Positions 38,857 to 47,653 of a stretch of DNA of 64,000 nt are shown here, piece by piece. Source of the stretch: Alkalispirochaeta sp. GTDB lineage: Bacteria; Spirochaetota; Spirochaetia; DSM-27196; Alkalispirochaetaceae. Within the stretch, counting starts at the first letter, position 1. Each line of letters opens with the position of its first letter. A program made the position numbers and the translations under genes. The stretch lies in NCBI GenBank assembly GCA_965601925.1, contig OZ271854.1, positions 2,432,001 through 2,496,000 on the forward strand, written 5' to 3'. A model generated the notes under the pieces. That model saw only the letters and a list, made by a program, of their open reading frames with translations, was not told where the DNA came from and ran no database searches.

Positions 38857-39905
38857 GCACCGGCGCAAAGCATCTTCTCTCGGTCCGCGGGCTTACGAAG
38901 CACTTCCCGATTCGCGGTGGTGTCTTCAGTCGCGTTCATGGACACGTGCGCGCGGTAGACGGGATCGATTTCGACATCGCCGAGGGCGAGACGTACGCGC
39001 TGGTCGGCGAGTCGGGATGCGGCAAGTCGACCACCGGTCAGACGTTGTTGCGCCTCATCGAGCCCACCGCCGGCACGGCGCATTTCGACGGCCGCGATAT
39101 TTTCGAGCTTACCCCGCAGGAGCTGCGGGCGCTTCGAAGACAGATGCAGATCGTGTTCCAGGATCCCTACAGTGCACTTAATCCGCGTAAGACCGTCGAG
39201 GCCGCCATCGCCGAGACGTTGTCGATCCACGGTATTGCGCACGGTCGCGATGCGCGGGAGAAGGCGCGCGATGTTTTGGAGCGTTGCGGACTGGCGCGCT
39301 ATCACGGGGCGCGCTACCCCCATGAGTTTTCCGGCGGACAGCGGCAACGAGTCGTCATCGCCCGAGCCTTGGCGTTGGATCCGCGGTTCGTCGTCGCCGA
39401 CGAGCCGGTTTCGGCCCTCGACGTCTCGATCCAGTCGCAGATCGTCAATTTGATGAAGGATCTGCAACGAGATTTCTCGCTCACGTATCTATTCATTTCC
39501 CACGATCTGGCGGTGGTAAAGCACACCGCGGATCGCATCGGCGTTATGTATCTGGGCAACCTCGTCGAGGAGGCGCCGCGGGACGAGTTCTTTCGGAATC
39601 CGCAGCATCCGTACACCCAGGCGTTGATTTCCGCGATTCCGCCTTCAAATCCATGGACCAAGCGGAAGCGGATCGTGCTCAAAGGGGACGTCCCCTCTCC
39701 GGCCAACCCGCCGACCGGTTGTCCTTTTCACACGCGGTGTCCCTACGTGATGGATGTGTGCCGCACCGTTAAGCCGGAACTCCGACGGAGCGCCGGCGGC
39801 CATCGCGTGGCGTGCCATCTCGTCCATCCCCACGACACCGCACGATCACCTGCGCCCGGCGGTGGAGCCGCCTCAGGCAATACCGTTCCCGCCGTCGACG
39901 GATAA
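38853..39905 (+). CDS. peptide ABC transporter ATP-binding protein (DppF-like)
   Basis: GTG start overlapping the previous stop; GESGCGKST, FSGGQRQR and DEPVSALD. Confidence 0.92.
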   Translation: MSTGAKHLLSVRGLTKHFPIRGGVFSRVHGHVRAVDGIDFDIAEGETYALVGESGCGKSTTGQTLLRLIEPTAGTAHFDGRDIFELTPQELRALRRQMQIVFQDPYSALNPRKTVEAAIAETLSIHGIAHGRDAREKARDVLERCGLARYHGARYPHEFSGGQRQRVVIARALALDPRFVVADEPVSALDVSIQSQIVNLMKDLQRDFSLTYLFISHDLAVVKHTADRIGVMYLGNLVEEAPRDEFFRNPQHPYTQALISAIPPSNPWTKRKRIVLKGDVPSPANPPTGCPFHTRCPYVMDVCRTVKPELRRSAGGHRVACHLVHPHDTARSPAPGGGAASGNTVPAVDG

Positions 39906-40073
39906 CGACGGCGGGCGCCGGTAATCGGCGCCGATATACATCGTCATTCGCGCGGTCCGAGTAGTCCGGCCGAGCGACTCCGACGCCTCACGGGATTCTC
40001 AAAAAAAGAAACGAACCCGCTTCTTGCCGTCTCATCCATCAGTTGATACATTTTGAGTTCAAAGGAGTTTGAC

Positions 40074-41051
40074 ATGTCTATGCAAAGAAATCATCGTGGG
40101 TGGACGGTTGCAATCTTCGCCTTCTTGCTTATATCGATGCTCGTTCCGGGTATCGTGGTAGCCTCCGGAGCGGGCGAGGATGAGTCGGTTGAGGCGGCGG
40201 ATCCCAAAGGACCTATTTCGGTCGCCAGCAAGATCGACACCGAAGGAAGCCTTCTCGGGTACATGATCCTGCATATATTGGAGGATGACGGGTTTGACGT
40301 GGATAACCAAGTCGAGTTCGGGCCGACCGACGTCATACGACGAGCGATTACGTCCGACGAGATCGACATCTATCCCGAGTACACCGGCAACGGTGCGTTT
40401 TTCTTCGACGAGGCGGGAACCGATGTATGGAACGACGGGGACGCCGGCTACGAGCGGGTGCGACAACTCGATATGGAACGAAACAATCTGGTCTGGTTGA
40501 CTCCGGCGGATGCCAACAACACGTGGGCGATCGCCGTGCGCAGCGAGTTGGTCGATGCCGGCGTGACCACTATGGACGATATCGGTCCGTTTCTCGCGGC
40601 CGGCAATCAGTTCAAGCTTGCGGCGAGTGAGGAGTTCGTGAGTCGACCCGATGTGCTCCCGGCCTTCGAGGCGACGTATGAGTTTCAACTCGAGCAGGAC
40701 AATCTCTTGGTATTCTCCGGCGGTAACACCGCAACGACCATGCAGGCCGCCGCGCGCGGTCAAGAAGGGGTAAACGCGGCTATGGCGTACGGAACCGACG
40801 GACAACTCGCCACGCTCGGTCTTCAAGTTCTGGAGGATACGCAAGGCGTTCAGCCGGTGTACCGCCCCGCTCCGATCGTACGCGCCGAGGTGCTGGAGCA
40901 GTACCCCGAAATCGAGCCGCTCTTGCGCCCCGTATTCGAGAGTCTCGACAGGGAGACGTTGCAGATGCTCAACGCGTCGATAGCCGTCGAGGGACGGAGC
41001 GCCGAAGTCGTCGCCGAGGAGTACCTTCGAGAGAGCGGCCTTCTCGACTGA
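40074..41051 (+). CDS. osmF: osmoprotectant (glycine betaine) ABC substrate-binding protein OsmF/YehZ
   Basis: VASKIDTEG.LLG, IYPEYTGNGAFFF, ANNTWAIA and AMAYGTDG. Confidence 0.88.
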   Translation: MSMQRNHRGWTVAIFAFLLISMLVPGIVVASGAGEDESVEAADPKGPISVASKIDTEGSLLGYMILHILEDDGFDVDNQVEFGPTDVIRRAITSDEIDIYPEYTGNGAFFFDEAGTDVWNDGDAGYERVRQLDMERNNLVWLTPADANNTWAIAVRSELVDAGVTTMDDIGPFLAAGNQFKLAASEEFVSRPDVLPAFEATYEFQLEQDNLLVFSGGNTATTMQAAARGQEGVNAAMAYGTDGQLATLGLQVLEDTQGVQPVYRPAPIVRAEVLEQYPEIEPLLRPVFESLDRETLQMLNASIAVEGRSAEVVAEEYLRESGLLD

Positions 41052-41056
41052 CACCA

Positions 41057-42274
41057 ATGGCACACATGAAAGTCGGCCCCGAAGGGCCGACGAGCATGCT
41101 CCCTGTCGTCGTGTCCGTTCTTCCGGCGACAGGGCTTTTTGTACTCGAGCTCATCGTTCTCAGGCCCAACCGAGTCACCGACGGCGTAGGATACACGATA
41201 GGCGCCCTCGGGCTTCCGTTGTGGCCGTCTCTCGTTCTTCTCGCAGCATTTACCGCGCTGGTTCTCGCATTTTTCGTATATAGGAAGTTCGTGCTTCCGG
41301 CGCTGCTCCTGTGGGCGATTGCGGTAACGGTCGTTCCGTGGGCCTTGGCAAGCTTCGCCTCGCTGGCCTTTTCCCTCGACGGACGACTCGACGAGCTCGC
41401 GCGCATCAATCCCGGGAGCGGCATCTGGCTCGTGATGATATCCGCCCTCGCGGCGTGGCACGAGCTGTTCAAGGGAGCGCGCTCCCGCCGGTGGCGTGCG
41501 ACCTCGGCGGTCGCGCTCGCCGTCTCGATCGGTGTCGTCATCGCGTTGATAGTCGAGTCGCCGTTGAACCGCCTTTCGTACCTGGTGGAGTACGGCGTAC
41601 GCGTGGAGCGATTTCATCAGGAACTCGCTCGGCACGTGCGGTTAAGCGGCAGCGCGGTTCTCCTTGCGACGATCATCGGGATACCGGCCGGTATGTCGGC
41701 GTACCGTAATCGCCGTTTTCGGTCACTCATCCTGGACGTGACCAGTACTATTCAGACGATTCCGAGTCTCGCTATGTTCGGATTGCTCATCGCGCCGCTC
41801 GCAGCGTTGAGCAGGGCGGTTCCGGCGTTGCGATCGATAGGTATCTCCGGAGTCGGCGCAACGCCCGCGCTCATAGCCCTGACGCTCTATGCACTGTTGC
41901 CCATCGTCCGCAACACGCTCATCGGCCTGTCCATCGTACCGCGCGGCGTACGCGAGAGCGGCGAGGCGATGGGGATGAGTCGCCCCCAACGGTTCTGGAT
42001 GGTCGAGGTCCCGCTGGCACTACCGATTGTGCTTCGGGGCGTACGAACCGCCGCCGTACAGGCGATCGGCAATACTACCGTTGCCGCGCTTATCGGCGCC
42101 GGTGGGCTCGGGTGGTTTATATTTCAAGGGTTGGGCCAAGCGGCTACCGATTTAGTGGTTCTCGGAGTGATTCCCATCGTGCTCCTCGCCGTTGTGGTAG
42201 ATCGTCTTTTTACGCTACTGCAACGCCTTACCCATAGAGGCGAAACGAACGGGTCGGCGCCGGGCGCCGCGTGA
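41057..42274 (+). CDS. yehY: osmoprotectant ABC permease (YehY-like)
   Basis: IQTIPSLAMFGLLIAPL and ALIGAGGLG; extended N-terminal TM region. Confidence 0.82.
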   Translation: MAHMKVGPEGPTSMLPVVVSVLPATGLFVLELIVLRPNRVTDGVGYTIGALGLPLWPSLVLLAAFTALVLAFFVYRKFVLPALLLWAIAVTVVPWALASFASLAFSLDGRLDELARINPGSGIWLVMISALAAWHELFKGARSRRWRATSAVALAVSIGVVIALIVESPLNRLSYLVEYGVRVERFHQELARHVRLSGSAVLLATIIGIPAGMSAYRNRRFRSLILDVTSTIQTIPSLAMFGLLIAPLAALSRAVPALRSIGISGVGATPALIALTLYALLPIVRNTLIGLSIVPRGVRESGEAMGMSRPQRFWMVEVPLALPIVLRGVRTAAVQAIGNTTVAALIGAGGLGWFIFQGLGQAATDLVVLGVIPIVLLAVVVDRLFTLLQRLTHRGETNGSAPGAA

Positions 42275-42283
42275 GGAGGCCAT

Positions 42284-43198
42284 ATGATTCGATTCAATGA
42301 TGTAACGAAACGCTACGGAGAGAAAACGGCGGTCTCGCGATTGAATATGACGATTGAGAACGGGTCGGTCTGCGTGCTGATCGGGCCGTCCGGATGCGGC
42401 AAGTCGACAACGCTCAAGATGATCAACCGTTTGTTGGAGCCCGACGACGGTACGTTGGAAGTCGCCGACGTGCCGCTCAGGGACTGGGATCCGGTCGCGT
42501 TGCGGCTCAAGATCGGATATGTGATTCAGTCGGTCGGCTTATTGCCCCACATGCGGGTGTGGCAGAATATCTCTTTGGTACCGCGCCTCCTCGGATGGGA
42601 TCGCCTACGGCGCCGCGAGCGCGCTGAGGAGCTGTTGGAACTGGTCGGTTTGGATCCCGCGGAGTATCGCGACAAGCACCCGAGCCAGCTCTCCGGCGGC
42701 GAGGCGCAGCGAGTAGGTGTGGCGCGCGCGTTGGCCGCCGATCCGCCGTATCTTCTCATGGATGAACCGTTCGGCGCCGTCGATCCGCTGACGCGCTCGA
42801 GCCTGCAGCAGTCCTTTCGTGAGATTCAGTCGCGGTTACGGAAGACGGTCGTCTTGGTGACCCACGACCTCGACGAGGCGATTTTTCTCGCCGATCGGAT
42901 TGCGCTTTTGCGCGACGGCGAGCTCCATCAGTTCGGCTCTCCCGGTGATATTCTCGCGCGTCCCGCCGATCCCTTCGTGGCGGAGTTCGTCGGGAGCGAC
43001 CGCATGCTTCGTATACTCAACACCGTTGAGCTGACCGGAGTCAACGGATCGCGGCGCGGCGACGGTGCAAAGCCGACCCTCAGGGACGCTTTGGCCCAAC
43101 TCCTCTCTTCGGAAAAGGAGACGATCGAGGTCGCTTTCGGAAACGGAGAGTCCAAAGAGCTCGATTTTGCCGGTATCCGCGAGATGGTGCGGTCGTGA
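42284..43198 (+). CDS. yehX: osmoprotectant ABC ATP-binding protein (YehX-like)
   Basis: GPSGCGKSTTLKMINRL, LSGGEAQR and MDEPFGAVD. Confidence 0.85.
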   Translation: MIRFNDVTKRYGEKTAVSRLNMTIENGSVCVLIGPSGCGKSTTLKMINRLLEPDDGTLEVADVPLRDWDPVALRLKIGYVIQSVGLLPHMRVWQNISLVPRLLGWDRLRRRERAEELLELVGLDPAEYRDKHPSQLSGGEAQRVGVARALAADPPYLLMDEPFGAVDPLTRSSLQQSFREIQSRLRKTVVLVTHDLDEAIFLADRIALLRDGELHQFGSPGDILARPADPFVAEFVGSDRMLRILNTVELTGVNGSRRGDGAKPTLRDALAQLLSSEKETIEVAFGNGESKELDFAGIREMVRS

Positions 43199-43932
43199 AA
43201 TTCGCGCGCCTCGTAGTACTCGTCGTGCTCCTCGTCGTAGTGCTCATCCCGAGCCTCTACGGACCCGTCGCGCGCGCGCTTTTCCCCGGGGAATCCACCT
43301 ACATATACACGCGAGTGACGATGGCCAACCTTCTGCTGCAACATATCGTGCTCGCCGGAGTCGCAACCGCCGCCGCCGCGGTAGGCGGTATTTCTATCGG
43401 CGTATTGGTGACGCGCCCTGCGGGACAGCCGTTGATTCCCCTCGTGCGCGACTTGGCGGCTCTGGCACAAACGATCCCGCCGGTGGCCGTGCTCGTTCTC
43501 GCCGTGCCCCTTCTGGGATTCGGTACGGCGCCGACGATTCTGGCACTCTTTCTCTTCAGTGTGTTGCCGATTCTCGGAAACACCGTGACCGGATTGCAGC
43601 AGATCGATCCCGCGTTGTTGGAGGCGTCCACCGGTATGGGGATGCGCGATTGGCGACGTCTTTTGGTGACGGAGCTACCCCTCGCCGCACCGGTGATGCT
43701 CGCCGGCGTACGTACCGCCGCGATCATATCGATCGGTACCGCCACGATCGGCGCGACGATCGGCGCCGGAGGGCTCGGCGTCGTCATTATCGCCGGGTTG
43801 GTGAGAGATAATCTCGCGTTTATCGCTGCGGGTGCGCTCGCCTCGGCGCTCTTGGCGCTCATCGTCGATTGGTTTTTCGAAGTCGCAGCCGCCTGGGTTA
43901 TGCGCATTCGGCAAGGCGAGAGCGCGGATTGA
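43195..43932 (+). CDS. yehW: osmoprotectant ABC permease (YehW-like)
   Basis: QTIPPVAVL.LAVP.LGFG and IGTATIG.TIGAGGLG. Confidence 0.82.
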   Translation: MKFARLVVLVVLLVVVLIPSLYGPVARALFPGESTYIYTRVTMANLLLQHIVLAGVATAAAAVGGISIGVLVTRPAGQPLIPLVRDLAALAQTIPPVAVLVLAVPLLGFGTAPTILALFLFSVLPILGNTVTGLQQIDPALLEASTGMGMRDWRRLLVTELPLAAPVMLAGVRTAAIISIGTATIGATIGAGGLGVVIIAGLVRDNLAFIAAGALASALLALIVDWFFEVAAAWVMRIRQGESAD

Positions 43933-44070
43933 TACACCCTCCACAATCGACACAGTGTACGGTTCGTCGACGGAGGATGCGCCGACGGCGCGCCGTTGTC
44001 TGCGGACGAGTCTTTCGAAGAGTCCGAGTATCGACGGGTAACGCCGAATCCGTCGGCGGTTAGAGTAGGC

Positions 44071-45126
44071 CTATTTCTCCGCCTTGGGCAGCGTTATCGT
44101 CACGCCCGCGCTATGGTCATGCGACTCGAAGGTGCCGCCGTGCAGCGCGACGACCAATCTGGCGTGCTCGTCCTCGATATTGGTGTGCGACGGCCCGTTC
44201 GATGTCCCACCCGCGTTGTCGTTGGTAACCTTGATTGCGTAGTTCTCGCCGTAATCATCGACTCTAACGGTCACGGTGCGGTGCTGCGGTGCCGGCTCTC
44301 CCGATCTCCTCTCGATTGCGTGTTGCAGGGTGTTCAGGAGCACTTTGTTGATGAGATCGGCATCGACGGCGACCACGGCACAATCCGCGTTAATCGCCGC
44401 CTCTATCGAGGTAGTCGAGTGCGCGTGCTCGGACGCCTTGTTCTGGATGGCGCTGCGAACGAGGGGCACGATGTCGACGGCGCGACGATACACCGCATGG
44501 GTGCCCGATTCGAGCGCGCGAATATCCCGTAATATGGCTACAAAATCACGCGCCTTCATCGACCGCTCGCGAAGAGTTCGCACCAAAGGCGCAAGACCGT
44601 GGGCGTCGTGCCCGTCCAATTTACGGTGGAGCAGATCGGAGATTCCCACGATCGGAGCGAGAATGTTTGCAAGTTCATGCGTAATCGCCCGCTCATGGTG
44701 TACCCAGTGCGTGACGTCGTTCCCGCCCCCGTTTCCCGACGTCCGTGTGGTGCGTCGTCGTCGCGCGGCAAGCTCCGAGCCGATCCGCTCCAGCAACTCC
44801 GGAGCATCGATCGACCGCCGTAGCACGCCGTGAATACCGTCATGCACCGCGTTGAGCCCGGCCTTGTCCCACCCGTTGTCGCGCGTAAGCAGGACAACGG
44901 TATCGGGCGATGAACCGGCGAGACGTGCCCCCCACTGCGTCCCGTCCCCGTCCGGCAGCGTTTCGTGCACGATAACGACGCTGATTTTCAGCGCCTGCAA
45001 TACTTCGTCGGCGCGCTCCAAGCTTTCAACGCCGAAGGCCGCATATTCATCACCCTTTATCGCCTCCACGAGCGACTCTCTCGTCGGCGAATCGGGATCT
45101 ATGATCAATATGTTACATGCCGTCAT
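44071..45126 (-). CDS. degenerate hybrid REC-HisKA-HATPase protein (pseudokinase)
   Basis: REC with His at the phospho-Asp position (VVIVHETLPDGDG); H-box ITHELAN; N-box NTLQHAI; no recognisable G1/F/G2 boxes. Confidence 0.75.
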   Translation of the reverse strand: MTACNILIIDPDSPTRESLVEAIKGDEYAAFGVESLERADEVLQALKISVVIVHETLPDGDGTQWGARLAGSSPDTVVLLTRDNGWDKAGLNAVHDGIHGVLRRSIDAPELLERIGSELAARRRRTTRTSGNGGGNDVTHWVHHERAITHELANILAPIVGISDLLHRKLDGHDAHGLAPLVRTLRERSMKARDFVAILRDIRALESGTHAVYRRAVDIVPLVRSAIQNKASEHAHSTTSIEAAINADCAVVAVDADLINKVLLNTLQHAIERRSGEPAPQHRTVTVRVDDYGENYAIKVTNDNAGGTSNGPSHTNIEDEHARLVVALHGGTFESHDHSAGVTITLPKAEK

Positions 45127-45548
45127 TCAAACAACTCCGCCAATTTTGTTATAAGTTCATCGATATCGAGTGGTTTGGGGACGATACCCGCTATGCCTTC
45201 CTGCAGTAGTTTTTGGGCCTCTATCGAGTACGGTAGTGCGGTCACCAACAGCACGGGGGTACATATACCGGCTTTTCGCAACGTGCGATATACCGTTGTC
45301 CCGTCGACATTCGGCATGTTGAGGTCCAAGAGAATAGCATCGACCGAGTCATGCTCGGGATAGTCGATGCAATCCCGGCCGCTGGTGAACTCGATCGTCC
45401 TATACTCATAAAGACGAAGAATGCTCGCGATAGTGCTATGTACGGCGACGTCGTCGTCTACGATCATTATAGTCTGTCGAGCGTCTCCGTGCTTAGTGAG
45501 GCGCACATCGTGCGGGCGTCTCATATCGTCAGTGTTTGTTCTTCTCAT
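45123..45548 (-). CDS. single-domain response regulator
   Basis: IVDDD, LLDLNMP, VTA and KP; canonical receiver. Confidence 0.9.
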   Translation of the reverse strand: MRRTNTDDMRRPHDVRLTKHGDARQTIMIVDDDVAVHSTIASILRLYEYRTIEFTSGRDCIDYPEHDSVDAILLDLNMPNVDGTTVYRTLRKAGICTPVLLVTALPYSIEAQKLLQEGIAGIVPKPLDIDELITKLAELFE

Positions 45549-47299
45549 ACGCCGCTCCCGGAGAGGTAACCTACGGTCTCATGGATTGGAATCGGTTTTG
45601 AATAATGGTATCCCTGTGCGAGATCGCAACCGAGATCCCGCAAAGCGGTCTTTTGACTCGCCGTCTCGACACCTTCGGCCACGGTACCGATACCAAGTTT
45701 CTGCGCCATCGATATGATGGTCGAAACGATCGTTTCGACTCGTGAATTGACGTGCATGGTACTCACGAACTCACGATCGACCTTGATGAGATCAAACCCG
45801 AATTGCACGAGATAAGACATCGACGAATAACCGGTGCCGAAATCGTCTATCGCTACCTTCACCCCGATATCTTTGAGGCGCTGCAAGGTTCGGATTGTGC
45901 GGTCGGAGTTCGATATGAACGTACTCTCGGTGATTTCCACCACGACATTATCATGATTCTTCAGTTTGTCCATGATTTTTCCGACGAGGTTTGCCGAATC
46001 CGACGAGCACTGCAAATGCATCGGCGATACGTTGAACGATAGATGAAAGTCCGCCGGCTTAAACGATCCAAGCGTGTCTTGTAGTCGTGCGATTGCCTCA
46101 ACGATCCACTCCGTGACCGGTATAATGAGACGACTCTGCTCCAAGACCGGAACGAAGATGTTCGGTGGAACATCTCCGAGTTCCTCGTCGTTCCATCGTA
46201 GCAGCACTTCCCCGCCGTAAGGAGCGTCGTCGACCAAACGATGATACGGTTGCACCACAAGATCCAGCGCATTGTTCGATACCGCCTTTCTCAAGCGGCT
46301 TTCCAATACGGCGTTTTTGCGAACCACGCGCTTCTTTTCCGATTGAAAGAACTGATATCCGGCTCCGCCTTGCTGCTGTTGTGTATATAACGCCGTGATT
46401 GCCCGGTCATACATCATCTGCGTTGTCGTACCGTCCATGGGAAACAGAGCGATTCCGGCGCTCAGGCTTATCCGGGAGTAGCGCAACGCATCCGATTCTC
46501 GTTCAACGGCGAGAATTCTGTTGACCTTGTCGACGACGATGTCAATTTCCTCGGCGGCGCGTAACTCCATTACTAGTGCCAGTTCGCCCGGTCCAATGTG
46601 CGCCAACGTATCTCGCTCAAACAGCTCGCCGCGCAATCGCGCCGACAGCGAGTGCAACATCGCGTCGACGCGACACGCCCCTTCGGCGATCACGATCGCC
46701 GGTAGGTTATCCACGCCGATTGCGATAAGTGCGACGTGTCCCCCCTGTACCCGTTGGCGAACGATCGCCTCCTCCAGCGTCTCAACCAACGCAGTGCGGT
46801 TGGGTAGTTCCGTCACGGCGTCGCATACACTCAAAGGACGCTCGTGACCGGCCGCCCGCGGCTCGATGTCCTCACGCGAAAGACGAGCAAGTTTCAATGC
46901 GAGACGGCGGTACTCCAGTACACGGCGAAGCGAGAGGCGAAACCGCTCAATGTGGAACGGCTTCGCTAAACAGTCGAAGGCGCCGCACTTCAAGACATTA
47001 CCCAAGCATTCCCCGCTTGCATCATCGACCGTCGCAATGACTTGCGGGCGGGAATGGACCCTATTCGCGCTCGTGACGATGGTGTCGACCGACGAATCGT
47101 CGCCCGCGAGATCGGCAAACACTACATCGATCGTATCGTGTTCGAGGTGACGAATCGCGGCCAGCGGTCCCGGCGCGGTGATCACCTGACAATCGATTTC
47201 CGTGACGATTTTCTGAAAAAACGAGTGCGTCTCCTCGTCTTCGCCCACCACTAATAAGCGAATCTGATCGCGCGTCTGATTGGGTTGTTCTGTTCTCAT
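45545..47299 (-). CDS. REC-GGDEF(degenerate)-EAL c-di-GMP phosphodiesterase
   Basis: REC (VFAD...AKPF); D.VTELPNR with GPGEL in place of GGDEF; EAL domain with EVLLRW, EITES, DDFGTGYSS, AEGVE and QGY. Confidence 0.9.
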   Translation of the reverse strand: MRTEQPNQTRDQIRLLVVGEDEETHSFFQKIVTEIDCQVITAPGPLAAIRHLEHDTIDVVFADLAGDDSSVDTIVTSANRVHSRPQVIATVDDASGECLGNVLKCGAFDCLAKPFHIERFRLSLRRVLEYRRLALKLARLSREDIEPRAAGHERPLSVCDAVTELPNRTALVETLEEAIVRQRVQGGHVALIAIGVDNLPAIVIAEGACRVDAMLHSLSARLRGELFERDTLAHIGPGELALVMELRAAEEIDIVVDKVNRILAVERESDALRYSRISLSAGIALFPMDGTTTQMMYDRAITALYTQQQQGGAGYQFFQSEKKRVVRKNAVLESRLRKAVSNNALDLVVQPYHRLVDDAPYGGEVLLRWNDEELGDVPPNIFVPVLEQSRLIIPVTEWIVEAIARLQDTLGSFKPADFHLSFNVSPMHLQCSSDSANLVGKIMDKLKNHDNVVVEITESTFISNSDRTIRTLQRLKDIGVKVAIDDFGTGYSSMSYLVQFGFDLIKVDREFVSTMHVNSRVETIVSTIISMAQKLGIGTVAEGVETASQKTALRDLGCDLAQGYHYSKPIPIHETVGYLSGSGV

Positions 47300-47457
47300 C
47301 GTTAATTAGAAGCGAAGCAATATACATGCCATGGATCTACAAGTGACCCAAAAAGACGATTATCGGGACATCGCCGGTGCAGAGCTCGAGTTTACCGGTT
47401 TTGTCGTACGCGTGCTTCGTGCCGAGAGTGGCCCGGGCGGCGCGATTGTTTCATGTG

Positions 47458-47498
47458 TGTTTCACATATGAAACAGATTCTGTTGCAATCCTGCAACA
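47458..47498. promoter_or_regulatory. two enhancer-binding-protein sites (UAS)
   Basis: TGTTTCA-CATA-TGAAACA (47458-47475) and TGTTGCA-ATCC-TGCAACA (47481-47498), plus a half site TGTTTCA at 47447. Confidence 0.75.
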
Positions 47499-47622
47499 AA
47501 TCATATGCGCCCGATCGGTGAAGCGGGCCGCGTCCCCGCTTTTTCGTCTCACATGAGCGGGATATCTCGCGTTTTCCGTTCGATTACCGTCCTGTGTAAT
47601 CGTTTACTCCTTTTTCGTCTAA

Positions 47623-47639
47623 TTGGCATCGAAATTGCT
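47623..47639 (+). promoter_or_regulatory. sigma54 (-24/-12) promoter of the chemosensory operon
   Basis: TTGGCATCGAAATTGCT: GG at 47625-47626, exactly 10 nt, GC at 47637-47638. Confidence 0.82.
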
Positions 47640-47653
47640 TGATAACAATCGGC

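Noticed and set aside
45545..47299. active diguanylate cyclase
   Set aside because: The signature motif reads GPGEL rather than GG(D/E)EF.
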